A DNA stretch of 64,000 bases from positions 56,792,001-56,856,000 of the forward strand of contig OX597818.1 in assembly GCA_951406725.2 (NCBI GenBank), read 5' to 3'. Under the pieces are notes generated by a model, which saw nothing but the letters and a program-made list of their open reading frames with translations, was not told the DNA's origin and ran no database searches. This DNA is from Octopus vulgaris. Taxonomy: Eukaryota. Shown one piece after another: positions 1-12,316 of this stretch (within the stretch, counting starts at the first letter, position 1; every line of letters begins with the position of its first letter). The translations under genes and the position numbers were made by a program.

Positions 1-24
1 GAGATTATTCTATACAGTGATTCC

Positions 25-215
25 AAGGGACTTTGGTCCCTAAATGGCTTTCTAGGCATTGTAGAAGTTCTTGGAGTTGATGCTGTCAACGTACTTCTGT
101 ATCTCATCCAGGAATCCTGTATCGCATCCTCGTTGTTGAGCCAGGAATCCTTCATCTCTGTGTGTTTAACTGGCATCTTGCTTTTGATGGCATTGTAAGC
201 TGCTTTCTTGGACAG
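25..215 (-). mobile_element. RTE-clade LINE ORF internal fragment, inverted relative to the adjoining 3' piece
   Basis: Minus-strand translation LSKKAAYNAIKSKMPVKHTEMKDSW...DEIQKYVDSINSKNFYNA*KAI*GPKS resembles the RTE inter-domain motif (REMQDxW..KA.EIQ.YAD...KNF..A.KAVYGP); contains stops and a frameshift. Confidence 0.7.
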
Positions 216-540
216 AGTAAGCGCTTCAAGGATATACTCAAAGCAACCGTGAAGAGCTTTGAGATCAACCCCGACAACTGGGAACCACAAGCGCAAGCCC
301 ACCCTGCCTGGCAAAGCTGCACCAACAGAGGGGTCACCTCGTGTGAACTGGACAGGATTGCAATGGCTCAGAGAAAATACGAATTACACAAATCCAGAGC
401 CAGTTCTTCCCCTTCAGTTCCAGTAGACCACAAATGCCCAACCTGGGACAGAGCCTTGTGAGTATGCATCAGACTGATTGGCCCTAGCTGGACACACTGT
501 GCCCCGGCTTCTTCTCCCATGACAACAATGGATGAACTGA
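210..540 (+). mobile_element. RTE-clade LINE ORF C-terminus and 3' end (decayed)
   Basis: ORF 162..461 contains GQSKRFKDILKATVKSFEINPDNWEPQAQAHPAW...HKCPTWDRAL*VCIRLIGPSWTH, matching the RTE C-terminal GQxKRFKD.LK / W...A.DR..W motif and a decayed zinc-finger tail. Confidence 0.8.
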
Positions 541-730
541 TACACAGCGATTGCACCACTACAAGACAGAAAGGGGCCGGAAAGCAGCCATAGACGTCAA
601 GTACAGGAAAATAGCATTGAAAGCTAGAATTACAATTCCACCACATCGAATAAACGGAAACTAAAACAAAGCCCATTGTACTTATATGCATACACACACA
701 CACACACACACAGACATATATATGTATATA

Positions 731-1030
731 TGGAGGCACAATGGCCCAGTGGTTAGGGCAGCGGACTCGCGGTTGTAGAATCGCTGTTTCGATTCCCAGA
801 CCAGGCGTTGTGAGTGTTTACTGAGCAAAAACACCTAAAGCTCCATGAGGCTCTGGCAGGGGGGTGGTGGCGATCCCTGCTGTACTCTTTTGCCACAACT
901 TTCTCTCACTCTTTCTTCTGTTGGCCTGCTCACATAGCCAGCGGGGTGGCGTCATTTGAAGGGTAAAACAATGCGAAGCGCATTGTGACCAGCGATGTGT
1001 AGCAACATCTGATAGTCTGGTCGGTCACGA

Positions 1031-1034
<4 letters not shown>
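731..1034 (+). mobile_element. tRNA-derived SINE, group B head with tail type 1
   Basis: A-box TGGCCCAGTGG and B-box GTTTCGATTCC; closely similar copy at 37547-37857 (-); flanked by TA repeats. Confidence 0.85.
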
Positions 1035-1080
<46 letters not shown>

Positions 1081-1124
1081 TTTCCAGTAAATATCGGTAC
1101 TTCGTTGTGCCATTTATTTGCTTT

Positions 1125-1164
<40 letters not shown>

Positions 1165-1165
<1 letters not shown>

Positions 1166-1355
1166 CTTTATAATATTTGCAAATGAAATAGGGATAAGAA
1201 TGTGCATTGTCCATTTAATTGGAAAATTCTATATGTGGCTGAAGATTGCTCGACATCTTAAAACTGATGTAATACTTACAGTGTTTAATAAAATGAAGTA
1301 GCATGAAACAATTGTACTACACTACCTTGGATATCCTTGTTGCTTATTTTGATTA
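1165..1355 (+). mobile_element. short TA-embedded repeat related to 32050-32155; possible Penelope-like terminal fragment
   Basis: TTTAATAAAATGAAGTAGCATGAAACAATTGTAC...CTTGTTGCTTATTTTGATTATA aligns with TTTAATAAAATGATGTAGTGTGAAACGATCGTAC...CTTGTTGCTTGTTTTGATTATA; (TA)n on both sides. Confidence 0.45.
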
Positions 1356-1470
1356 TATATACATACATATATATATATATATACACACACACACATATAT
1401 ATACATACATATATGTTTACACACACACACATAATATATATATATATGTTTGTGTGTGTGTGTATATAAA

Positions 1471-1805
1471 CAGTGTGCAATGAATAAATTGTCATCTAAA
1501 TTACGCAAAAATGAAAATAACACTGACATCTCATTTTATCAGATATATTTACCAAAGTTACATAAAAATATCTTGAAATACTAAAGAGTAAATTTATTCA
1601 ATAACATCGCCATTGGCTCAAACCATGGCCTCCGGGTGACTTCAGAATCTCATGCAAGTCTTCTGAATGGTATCGTCTTTTAAGTTGGTGAATGCTGCCA
1701 TAATCCTTGCCTTCAGTTCATCTTTGGTATTACAAGGGGTTTTGTTGGTCTCTTGCTCAACTGTACTCCACATATAATAATCAAGGGGTTGCAGTCTGGG
1801 GAGTT
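1471..1805 (-). mobile_element. Tc1/mariner-superfamily transposon 3' remnant (transposase C-terminus plus probable TIR)
   Basis: Minus strand NSPDCNP/DYYMWSTVEQETNKTPCNTKDELKARIMAAFTNL...TCMRF*SHPEAMV*ANGDVIE* corresponds to the SPDLNPLDY..W motif; one frameshift and stops; ends in CAGTG at 1471. Confidence 0.8.
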
Positions 1806-1878
1806 TTCAAAGAATATATAAATATATATACATATATATACATATGCATGTGTACGTATATATATATATATATATATA

Positions 1879-2114
1879 CTTTAATTAAAGCAGCAGAAAA
1901 TTCAACAAAACCTGTTACTCTGAGTTTCCCGTTGCCGTTCATCGGACAGTTTTTGCTAGTCTATTCTAACAAAAACTGTCCGATGAACAGCAACGGGAAA
2001 CTCAGAGTAACAGGTTTTGTTGAATTTTCTGCTGCTTTAAATAAAGCATATTACTCTACCACTGGTATTTGAGTACTCTTTTTCCACCTTGTTTCACATT
2101 TATGTGTTTACTCC

Positions 2115-2118
<4 letters not shown>
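1879..2118 (+). mobile_element. Penelope-like terminal fragment with inverted duplication (81-bp-arm palindrome) containing a hammerhead-like motif
   Basis: Arms 1879-1959 and 1966-2046 are reverse complements with about 3 mismatches. The right arm reads stem I ACAAAAACTGT / CCGATGA / stem II / GAAA / CTC-A-GAG / TA / ACAGGTTTTGT. (TA)n on both flanks. Confidence 0.65.
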
Positions 2119-2152
<34 letters not shown>

Positions 2153-2420
2153 TGTACTCCCCCCACACACATGTATATATATGGTTGGCCTAAGGCTGTA
2201 GTGGGTAGGAGACACTTGCCCTAGGTTCCATGCAGTGGGACTGAACCCAGAACCTAGTGGTTGGGAAGCAAACGTCTTAGCACAGCCATGCCTGCACCTA
2301 TATATACATATACATACACACATATATACGTATAAATCTATGAGAGATAGAGAGAGAAAGATAGAGAGAGAAAGAGAGAGGGAAATCAAATGAGTGAGAA
2401 GAAATAATATGATACATAAA

Positions 2421-3134
2421 AGGAGTTACTGTGTGGTAAGAAGCATGCTTACGAACCACATGGTTCCGGGTTCAGTCCTACTGCGTGGCACCTTGGGCAA
2501 GTGTCTTCTGCTATAGCCTTTGGGCCAACCAATGCCTTGTGAGTCGATTTGGTAGACGGAAACTGAAAGAAGCCCGTCATATATATATATATATACAGTG
2601 GCGGACTAGGTCTAAAAATATTGGTTGCCAGGAGACTAAGGGTGCCCACCCACAATTATAAGGGGGCCCACCTGCAATTACAATGCTATTATTTCATTTT
2701 TTTTTTTTTTGGTAAAAGTTTTCTTTTCAACTGTCTACAAACACAGCCAGGCTGAAATAATTACTGCATTCTTCCAGAAGTTAATAAAAAATTCTCAAAC
2801 TTGAGGGGATGGCCCCCTTAGATACTAACACGAGCCCCTATATATGGATTCTAATGGCTCAGGGGCCTACTTGCCATGGGCAAGCTGGCAACCTGGCCAG
2901 TCCACCTCTGCACACACACAAACACACATATATACATGTGTGTGTGTTTGTGTATCTGTGTCCTAACCACCGATGTTGGTGTGTTTATGTTCCTGTAACT
3001 TAGCAGTTTGGCAAAAGAGACCACTAGAATAAGTACTAAGCTTACAAAGAATAAGTCCTGGGGTGGATTTGTTCGACTAAAGGTGGTGCTCCAGCATGGC
3101 CGCAGTCAAATGACTGAAACAAATAAAAGAATGA

Positions 3135-3135
<1 letters not shown>
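2421..3135 (+). mobile_element. tRNA-derived SINE group A interrupted by a MITE
   Basis: Same head and tail as the full copy at 6398; its internal (TA)/(TG) tract hosts the 2596-2910 insertion. Confidence 0.85.
2596..2910. mobile_element. hAT-like MITE
   Basis: Imperfect TIRs CAGTGGCGGACT ... AGTCCACCTCTG, with GGGCCC-type subterminal motifs; absent from other group A copies; TSD not resolvable within the microsatellite. Confidence 0.7.
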
Positions 3136-3180
<45 letters not shown>

Positions 3181-3314
3181 GTCTAGCAACTTGTTGCAAA
3201 GACCCTCTTTGTTATAATTATATAAACTTTTACCGAATATAGTCCTTTTCCATACCGAAATACTACTTGGTGAAATTTATTGATTTTATTAAATTAATTA
3301 TATTTCACCCTTTA

Positions 3315-3394
<80 letters not shown>

Positions 3395-3424
3395 CACACA
3401 TATACATACATATATTTATATACG

Positions 3425-3460
<36 letters not shown>

Positions 3461-3507
3461 TATATATACATATATTTATATACTTACATATATATATATT
3501 TATATAC

Positions 3508-3540
<33 letters not shown>

Positions 3541-3541
3541 T

Positions 3542-3607
<66 letters not shown>

Positions 3608-3823
3608 CCTGACTCTTACTCACACCGTGCGAGGCTGTACACATAGACCCCCATACAAATATCTGTGCACAAACAGGAGATGTTGAGATTAAAGCAGTAG
3701 TGTAAAAGATTTATGAATGAACCTCAATAGAAAATAAATCCAGGAACATTATCGCTGGCTGACATCTGCTGACTGCGTATATACATTCAGTACGTGTGTG
3801 CTTATCTCTCCAACCTTATTATC

Positions 3824-3862
<39 letters not shown>

Positions 3863-3971
3863 TTATATTTACACTTGTACACTTGTGTGTATGTGAACGT
3901 CCGTATGTGTATGTGTGTTTGTTGTTCGTGTGTCTGCATACCTGTATATAAGTGTGTGTATGCATGTATGC

Positions 3972-4039
<68 letters not shown>

Positions 4040-4163
4040 GTCTGTCTGTCTAGCTGCCTGTCTATCTGTCTGTCTGTCTCGCTGCCTGTCTATCTATCTG
4101 TCTGTCTAGCTGCCTGTCTATCTATCTATCTGTCTGTCTGTCTAGCTGTCTATCTGTCTGTCC

Positions 4164-4235
<72 letters not shown>

Positions 4236-4255
4236 CTATCTGTCTATCTCTATCT
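3972..4255. repeat. (TCTA)n/(TCTG)n microsatellite
   Basis: Directly visible tetranucleotide tract; a similar tract lies at about 54270-54700. Confidence 0.95.
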
Positions 4256-6397
4256 GTTTAGGTAGATAGATAGATAGAGAAAGTTGGAGCGAAAGAGTAC
4301 AGCAGGGGTCAACACCACCCCCTGCCGGAGCCTCATGGAGCTTTAGGTGTTTTTGCTCAATAAGCCTTCTAAGCCAAGGTACCTCGCAGTGGGACTGAAC
4401 CCAAAACGTCACCATATGACCACATCTGTGCCTAAGCTTATATCTAGGTGTTACCGTGGTTACCGTATATGTGTATACATGTGTATACAACTTCCCTTTA
4501 GCTTAATTCTTTTATTCTTTCGCTTGTTTCAGCCACTTGACTGTGGCCATGCTGGAGCACTGCCTTTAGTCGAACAAATCAACCCCAGGATTTATTCTTT
4601 GTAAGCCTAGTAGTGTTGATATCTGCTGATATCAAAATAAGTAGTATATTGAAAAATAAAATGATTTTCTCAGTGGGGTGGGGAGGGGGGGGGGGTATTT
4701 GTGACTCCAAGAGTCAAAAGGAGGCTTTTGGCCAAAATGGATTAAGAATCCTTGATTTAAAAGATGGTCATATTTGATTTGAGAAAGATTTGGTTGCTAT
4801 TTCTAGCAGGTCAGTTGACCATGAAGAGGTTTCCAATACAAGGTCGTTTGACCTGCTAGAAATAGATCTGATTCCTTGGCCTGACTTCTGCTGTTACCGT
4901 TGATGTTGTTTAGCTCCAGATCAACACTGATTGAACAGATGTCTGCAAGGAAGGGCATTCTGACCATGACCATCCTGTCTTTTGAAGAGTATGTGTATGA
5001 TTATATCCAATGTATCCTTCATTTTTTTTCCTTCTCCCCACAAGACTGTTTGCTGTAACCTGAGGGAGATTTGGTTGATATTTCTAGCAGGTAAAACAAC
5101 CATGTATAGGCTTCCAGTATGTGAACATGGATCTGGTTCCATGGTTGACTTCTCAGCTGTTATTTGAGGGAGACTTGGCTGTTATATCTAGAAGAGAAAC
5201 GGTAGAACAAAACAGATGGAAATAGTATTAGTAGCAGAATGGCAGAAGAAGAATCGGAAGAAGACACAAGAATCGGAAGAAGAAGGTGGAAAAGAAGGAA
5301 GGAAAGAAGACAGAGAAGGAAAAGGTTAGAAGAAGATTGAAGAAAAAATAGAAGTAGGAGGAGGAGTAAGAGTAGAGGTTATGGTGGTGGTTGTGATGGT
5401 AGTAGTAGTAGTAGTAGTACAAGTAGTAGTAGTGATGGTGGTGGTAGTAGTAGTAGTGGTATTGTGGTGGTAGTAGTAGTAATAGTAGTAGTAATAGTAC
5501 AAGTAGTAGTGATGGTAGCGGTAGTTGTAGCCGTAGAAGAGGTGATGGTTGTGGTGGTGGTGGTGGTGGTAGTTGTAGTAGTGGTAGAAGTGGTATTGTG
5601 GTGGTAGTAGTAGTTGTAGTAATAGTGGTAGTAGTAGTAGTAGTGGTTGTGGTGGTTGTAGTAATAGTAGTAGTAGTAGTAGTAGTAGTAGTCGGAGATA
5701 GAAGAAGATCAAGAAGATAAAGAAGAAGTGTTCTCTCAATGGCAGGCTAGAGACAGGTTTTGTTTTCCTCTCTTTTCCTCTTTTCTTCTCTCTTCTTCTT
5801 CTTTCTTCTTCTTCTCTTTTCCATTCACTGCCAAAACATTCACCATTACATCAACGCCGCCGACACCATTATGGGCGATGTGCGATAATTCTTCTACGTT
5901 TTTCTCTCTCTCTCTCTTTTATTATTTTTTCTTCCATGCGTGTTTGTTATCTCACAACTTATTTATCCTAATTCATATTTATTTCCTATCTTGTGACTTC
6001 CAGAGTTGGCCAGATGGAAGCGACGGAGTGAAGAATGACCATTTATTTCAATGGTTGTACTGATGGAATATCTTTCATTTTCTCTGCGATTTTCTCTGCG
6101 ATTTTCTCTGCTACGTTCTTTGTATTCTTGTGTTAGTTGGTTTTGTATTTCCGTTTGCTCTTTTACATATTGTAGGTCATTCTAACAAGTTTTTTGGCGA
6201 CTCTGTTACTGCTACAAGCTGTTATCATTCTACCATATCTTTAGTATATGCTTGTATTGGTTCCTATCATATTCTGCCATATGCTAAACAAAGATGGTCA
6301 GAACATCTGCGTGATTTACTGAAAGGAGATCTTTTTGTTTTCTTGAGAAATCTTTTGAATTGCTCTTTATTCTCTCTCTGTTTTTATTTATTAGATA

Positions 6398-6809
6398 GGC
6401 GCAGGAGTGACTGTGTGGTAAGTAGCTTGCTAACCAACCACATGGTTCCGGGTTCAGTCCCACTGCGTGGCATCTTGGGCAAGTGTCTTCTGCTATAGCC
6501 CCGGGCCGACCAATGCCTTGTGAGTGGATTTGGTAGACGGAAACTGAAAGAAGCCTGTCGTATATATGTATATATATATGTGTGTGTGTGTGTGTCTGTT
6601 TGTGTGTCTGTGTTTGTCCCCTTAGCATTGCTTGACAACTGATGCTGGTGTGTTTACGTCCCCGTCACTTAGCGGTTCGGCAAAAGAGACCGATAGAATA
6701 AGTACTGGGCTTACAAAGAATAAGTCCTGGGGTTGATTTGCTCGACTAAAGGCGGTGCTCCAGCATGGCCGCAGTCAAATGACTGAAACAAGTAAAAGAG
6801 TAAAAGAGT
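6398..6809 (+). mobile_element. full-length tRNA-derived SINE group A (most abundant family, roughly 30 full or partial copies in the window)
   Basis: GGCGCAGGAGTGGCTGTGTGG A-box region, GGTTCAGTCCC B-box, CTTGGGCAAGT CORE-like segment, internal (TA)n(TG)n, 3' (AAAAGAGT)n tail. Other copies at 7379, 8101, 15657, 16437, 22630, 30575, 39021, 61283 (+) and 27480, 44730, 47778, 53125 (-). Confidence 0.9.
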
Positions 6810-7123
6810 GGCCATCCTGGGGCACTGTCTTTTAGGATTTAGGTTCAGGCATGGCGGTGTGGTTAAGAAGCTTGCTTCCCAGCCCTGTGTTCTTGAGTTC
6901 AGTCTCACTGTGTGGAACCTTGGGCAAGAGTCTTTCACAGCTCTGGGTTGACAAATCTTTTGAATTGATTCAGTATTTGGATACTGAAAGAAGCCCATCA
7001 TATGTGTGTTTGCTTGTGTGTGTGTGTGTGTGTGTACCCTTGTCTTGACACCACTTGATGGTTATAAATGAGCATGTCGTTCCTTTCCAGTCTTCCATGA
7101 AAAATAGTTTTGGTTATAGGAAA

Positions 7124-7562
7124 CATTACCTTGGAAACAGATGCGGGATGGCAGCAAGAAGGACATCAGACCTTAGATGATAACATGATGGCTGTCTACA
7201 TGAAAATGCTCGTATTCATCTCCATTTTGAATGGTATTCTCAATCCTAAATGGAAATAGGTACCAACACTTCCATGTGGCACACTTGAACAATTGTGAAG
7301 ATCTCTTCACATAAGACCATTGGTTGTTACCTTGTTAATCCAGAACTAAAGTATATATATTATATATTATATATTATAGGCGCAGGAGTGGCTGTGTGGT
7401 AAGTAGCTTGCTAACCAACCACATGCTTTCGGGTTCAGTCCCACTGCGTGGCATCTTGGGCAAGTGTTTTCTACTATAGCCTCGGGCCGACCAAAGCCTT
7501 GTGAGTGGATTTGGTAGACGGAAACTGAAAGAAGCCCGTCGTATATATGTATATATATATAC

Positions 7563-7626
<64 letters not shown>

Positions 7627-8762
7627 ATGTTTGTGTGTCTGTGTTTGTCCCCCTAGCATTGCTTGACAACCGATGCTGGTATGTTTATGTCCCCGTCACT
7701 TAGCGGTTCGGCAAAAGAGACTGATAGAATAAGTACTGGGCTTACAAAGAATAAATCCCGGGGTTGAGTTGCTCGACTAAAGGCAGTGCTCCAGCATGGC
7801 CGCAGTCAACTGACTGAAACAGGTAAAAGAGTAAAAGAGTAATTACCTTGCTTGGAAACAGATGCGGGATGGCAGCAAGAAGGACATCAGACCTTAGATG
7901 ATAACATGATGGCTGTCTACATGAAAATGCTCGTATTCATCTCCATTTTGAATGGTATTCTCAATCCTAAATGGAAATAGGTACCAACACTTCCATGTGG
8001 CACACTTGAACAATTGTGAAGATCTCTTCACATAAGACCATTGGTTGGTTACCTTGTTAATCCAGAACTAAAGTATATATATTATATATTATATATTATA
8101 GGCGCAGGAGTGGCTGTGTGGTAAGTAGCTTGCTAAGCAACCACATGGTTCCGGGTTCAGTCCCACTGCGTGGCATCTTGGGCAAGTGTTTTCTGCTATA
8201 GCCCCGGGCCGACCAATGCCTTGTGAGTGGATTTGGTAGACGGAAACTGAAAGAAGCCTGTCGTATATATGTATATATATATATATGTATTTGTATGTGT
8301 GTGTGTTTGTGTGTCTGTCCCCCTAGCATTGCTTGACAACCGATGCTGGCGTGTTTACGTCCCCGTCACTTAGCGGTTCGGCAAAAGAGACCGATAGAAT
8401 AAGTACTGGGCTTACAAAGAATAAGTCCCGGGGTTGATTTGCTCGACTAAAGGCGGTGCTCCAGCATGGCCGCAGTCAACTGACTGAAACAGGTAAAAGA
8501 GTAAAAGAGTAATTACCTTGCTTGGAAACAGATGCGGGATGGCAGCAAGAAGGACATCAGACCTTAGATGATAACATGATGGCTGTCTACATGAAAACGC
8601 TCGTATTCATCTCCATTTTGAATGGTATTCTCAATCCTAAATGGAAATAGGTACCAACACTTCCATGTGGCACACTTGAACAATTGTGAAGATCTCTTCA
8701 CATAAGACCATTGGTTGGTTACCTTGTTAATCCAGAACTAAAGTATATATATTATATATTAT
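7124..8762 (+). repeat. local tandem duplication X-SINE-X-SINE-X (X about 250 bp)
   Basis: GGAAACAGATGCGGGATGG...CAGAACTAAAGTATATATATTATATATTAT occurs at about 7131, 7854 and 8524 nearly identically, separated by group A SINEs. Confidence 0.95.
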
Positions 8763-8774
8763 GTGTCTGTGTCT

Positions 8775-8827
<53 letters not shown>

Positions 8828-9499
8828 CAACCAAAATCTCCATATTACTAAGAACTTGCTAAATAAGTTTAACTCTTACCAGAACCCTTACAATACATGC
8901 ATATAAATAGGCGCATCAATTGCATGCAATCCATCATATGCTGTCTAATGGATATCATTATGGTTTAATATATCACCATTATAATCATCATCATCATTAA
9001 AGGCGGACCCGAGAGGTGTGTGTGTGTGTGGGGGGGGGGGGCGAGGGTGCACATGCCTCCCCCCCCCTTCACAAAATGTACTGGGTGCTTATATTCTTAT
9101 ATTCTTTTCTACTTTAGGCACAAGGCCCAAAATTTTTGGAGAGAGGGGCCAGTTGATTAGATTTACTCCAGTACGTAACTGGTAATTTATTGACCCCCAA
9201 AAGAATGAAAGGCAAAGTCGACTTTGGCAGAATTTGAACTCAGAATGTAAAGACAGACGAAATACCACTAAGCATTTCGCCGGGCGTGCTAACGATTCTG
9301 CCAGCTCGTTGCCTGGGTGCTTATATTGCTAGTACAAGCAGTGGTGGGGTCACCAAATACTCTCAAGACAAGACACCCTTAAATGGATGGTGTATAGTAT
9401 TGAGATATATGAAAGTATGGTTTCTATATATCATTGACGGTGGACCCAAAGCAGGGCCTGAGGGGCATGAGCCCCCTCTTAAAAAAACTAAAAAAAAAA

Positions 9500-9820
9500 A
9501 CTGGTACTCCTTCGGATATGATAAGGGTCCCAACTGATATGATCAATGGAACAGCCAGGTCATGAAATTTATGTGCAAATGGCTGAGTACTCCACAGACA
9601 TGTATACCCCTTAATGTAGTTCTCAGGGAGATTCAGCATGACACGGAATGTAATAAGGCTGGCCCTTTGAAGTACAAGTACTACCCACTTTTGCCAGCTG
9701 AGTGAACTAGGGCAATGGGAAATAAAGTGTCTTGCTCAAGGTCACAGTGCACTACCAGGAATTGAACTTACAGCCTTGTGATTGTGAGGTGAATACTCTA
9801 ACCACTACTCTAGCCCCACA
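9500..9820 (-). mobile_element. tRNA-derived CORE-like SINE, group C head with tail type 2 (decayed)
   Basis: Aligns with 47087-47415; CTTGAGCAAGACACTTTATT...CACTCAGCTGGCAAAA CORE-like segment. Confidence 0.7.
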
Positions 9821-10010
9821 TGCTTTCACAATGAAAGTGTAATATATGGACAGTAGCAGGTGTCTTCCTGAAGAGCCATGTGGCTTGGTCCATCTGGTAA
9901 AAGAAGGAGAAATGTGAGGTCAAAGAGCAAGGTGAATATGAGAGAGAGAGAGTGAGAAGAGGGACAGAGGAAGAGAAGAGGTGCGTAGGTAGATGGATGT
10001 GCAAGTTTGA

Positions 10011-10835
10011 AAGGTGGCGAGCTGGCAGAATTGTTAGCATGCTGGGCGAAATGCTTAGCAGTATTTCGTCTGTCTTTACATTCTGAGTTCAAATTTCGCT
10101 GCGGTTGACTTTGCCTTTCATCCTTTCAGGATCGATAAATTAAGTACCAGTTGTGTACTGGAGTCAATGTAATCAACTGGTCCCTCCCCCAAAATCTTTG
10201 GCCTTGCGCCTAGAGTAGAAAAGAATATTTGAAGGTGGCGATCTGGCAGAAACTTTAGCATGCTGAGCAAAATGCTTAGTGGTATTTCGTCTGTCTTTAT
10301 GTTCTGAGTTCAAATTCTGCCAAGGTTGACTTTGCCATTCAGGATCGATAAATCAAGTACCAGTTATGTACTGGAGTCAATCTAATCAACTGGTCCCCTC
10401 CCCCAAAATTTTGGGCCTTGTATCTAGAGTAGAAAAGAATATTTAAAGGTGGCAGAAACTTTAGCATGCTGGGTAAAATGCTTAGCGGTATTTCGTCTGT
10501 CTTTATGTTCTGAGTTCAAGTTTGGCTGGGGTTGACTTTGCCATTCATACTTTTGGGGGTTGATAAATTAAGTACCAGTTGCGTACTGAGGTTGATCTAA
10601 TCGACTTAATCTGTTTGTCTGTTCTTGTTTGTCCCCTCTGTGTTTAGCCTCTTGTGGGTAGTAAAGAAATAGGTATTTCATCTGTTTTTACGTTCTGAGT
10701 TCAAATTTGGCCAAGGTCGACTTTACCTTTCATCCTTCCAGGATTGATAAATTAAGTACCAGTTGCATACTGGGGTTGATCTAATCGACTGGTCCCCTCC
10801 CCCCAAATTTCAGACCTAGTGCTTAGAGTAGAAAA
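10011..10835 (+). mobile_element. head-to-tail array of group D SINEs
   Basis: GGTGGCGAGCTGGCAGAA heads at about 10013, 10234 and 10449 plus a headless unit at about 10672. The central GGTCGACTTTGCCTTTCATCCTTTCGGGGTCGATAAA..AGTACCAG resembles the conserved Nin-type SINE domain (from recall). Confidence 0.85.
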
Positions 10836-11605
10836 AAAAAAGTGTGAAAGGGGTGTGACGGATGATTAGAAACAGGGATCTTGGCGAACGCTGTAAATAT
10901 CCACCTGGTGAAGGGGAAGTGAAGGAAAGGAAATATGTGTGCGTATGTGTGTGTGTGTATGTGTTTGTGTGTGTGTGCATGCACACGTGAGCGAGAGCAT
11001 GTATGCGTCTGTGTTGCTGTTTGAGTTCAAATTCCGCCGAGGTCGACTTTGTCTTTCATCCTTTCGGGGTCGACAAATAAAGTACCAGTTACGCACTGGG
11101 GTCGATGTAATCGTCTTAATCCCTCTGTCTGTCCTTGTTTGTCCCCTCTATGTTTAGCTCCTTGTGGGCAATAAAGAAATATATATACGCCAGACTAAAA
11201 CAGCTTGTTCCTTTATAAACCTTCACCTAAAAGATAAACTTAGCCGTTCCAACCATAAATAAAGATCAATAAAACAGTTCTAAGTACCGGGGGGGGGGGT
11301 TATTATGACTGCATTGACCCCAATATGGTCGCAGTTGAATGACTGAAATCATTAAAAGACTAAAAGAACTAAACAAAAAACCATTATTTATGGCTATTCA
11401 GCATTGGTTCATTTTCTGAGTAGTTTCCTTAAGAAGGAAATCTTCAATGACATTTTACTCTCTATTCTTGCTAATTGAAGCCATTTAAAAGCCTTTAAAC
11501 TTAATTTACTTCTTATAATAATAGTTTACCATAATGTTTTGTTTGCATGCAAAAGCTGATGGCAACTGTTTTGTTTTTCTCTGGCTGCTTTCATTCGTCA
11601 AAGTA

Positions 11606-11988
11606 TTCTTCTTCTTCTTCTTCTTCTTCTTCTTCTTCTTCTTCTTCTTCTTCTTCTTCTTCTTCTTCTTCTTCTTCTTCTTCTTCTTCTTCTTCTTCTT
11701 CTTCTTCTTCTTCTTCTCCTTCTTCTTCTTCTCCTTCTTCTTCTTCTTCTTCTTCTTCTTCTTCTTTTCTTCTTCTTCTTCTTCTTCTTCTTCTTCTTCT
11801 TCTTCTTCTTCTTCTTCTTCTTCTTCTTCTTTTCCTCTTCTTCTTCTTCTTCTTCTTCTTCTTCTTCTTCTTCTCCTACTTCTTCTTTTCCTTCTTCTTC
11901 TTTTCCTTCTTCTTTTCCTTCTTCTTCTTCTTCTTCTTCTTTTTTTCCTTCTTTTCCTTCTTCTCCTCCTCCTCCTCCTACTCCTCCT
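11606..11988. repeat. (TTC)n microsatellite
   Basis: Directly visible; source of the poly-F/S/L ORFs. Confidence 0.97.
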
Positions 11989-12316
11989 AGTGTTTTTGCT
12001 AATAGATTCTTATGAACAAGTACACTTTCGCTCCTTTTTCCTGTCGTTAATTGACTTCCATTTTCTCTTTCGTGAGTGTGTAATTCTTCAGTCGTTAGTT
12101 TTTGTAATTACTTACTTTCTATTTTAATAGCGAAATAATTTTACAGCATAATTATCTTCATCATTGTCATCATCATCATCATCATCATCACCATCATGAT
12201 TATTACCATTATTATTTTCTCTCATTTCATCGTATGTAAACACCTACACTTTGCGTCTGTCCTTGCACCACTGTCCACCTCGTCCTTTGCTCTGTTAAGA
12301 AATAAAAGAAATTATG

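Noticed and set aside
3178-3318. TA-embedded segment with TTTTACC...CGAAA...GGTGAAA resembling a hammerhead scaffold
   Set aside because: The core box and stem II are too degenerate, and there is no second copy in the window.
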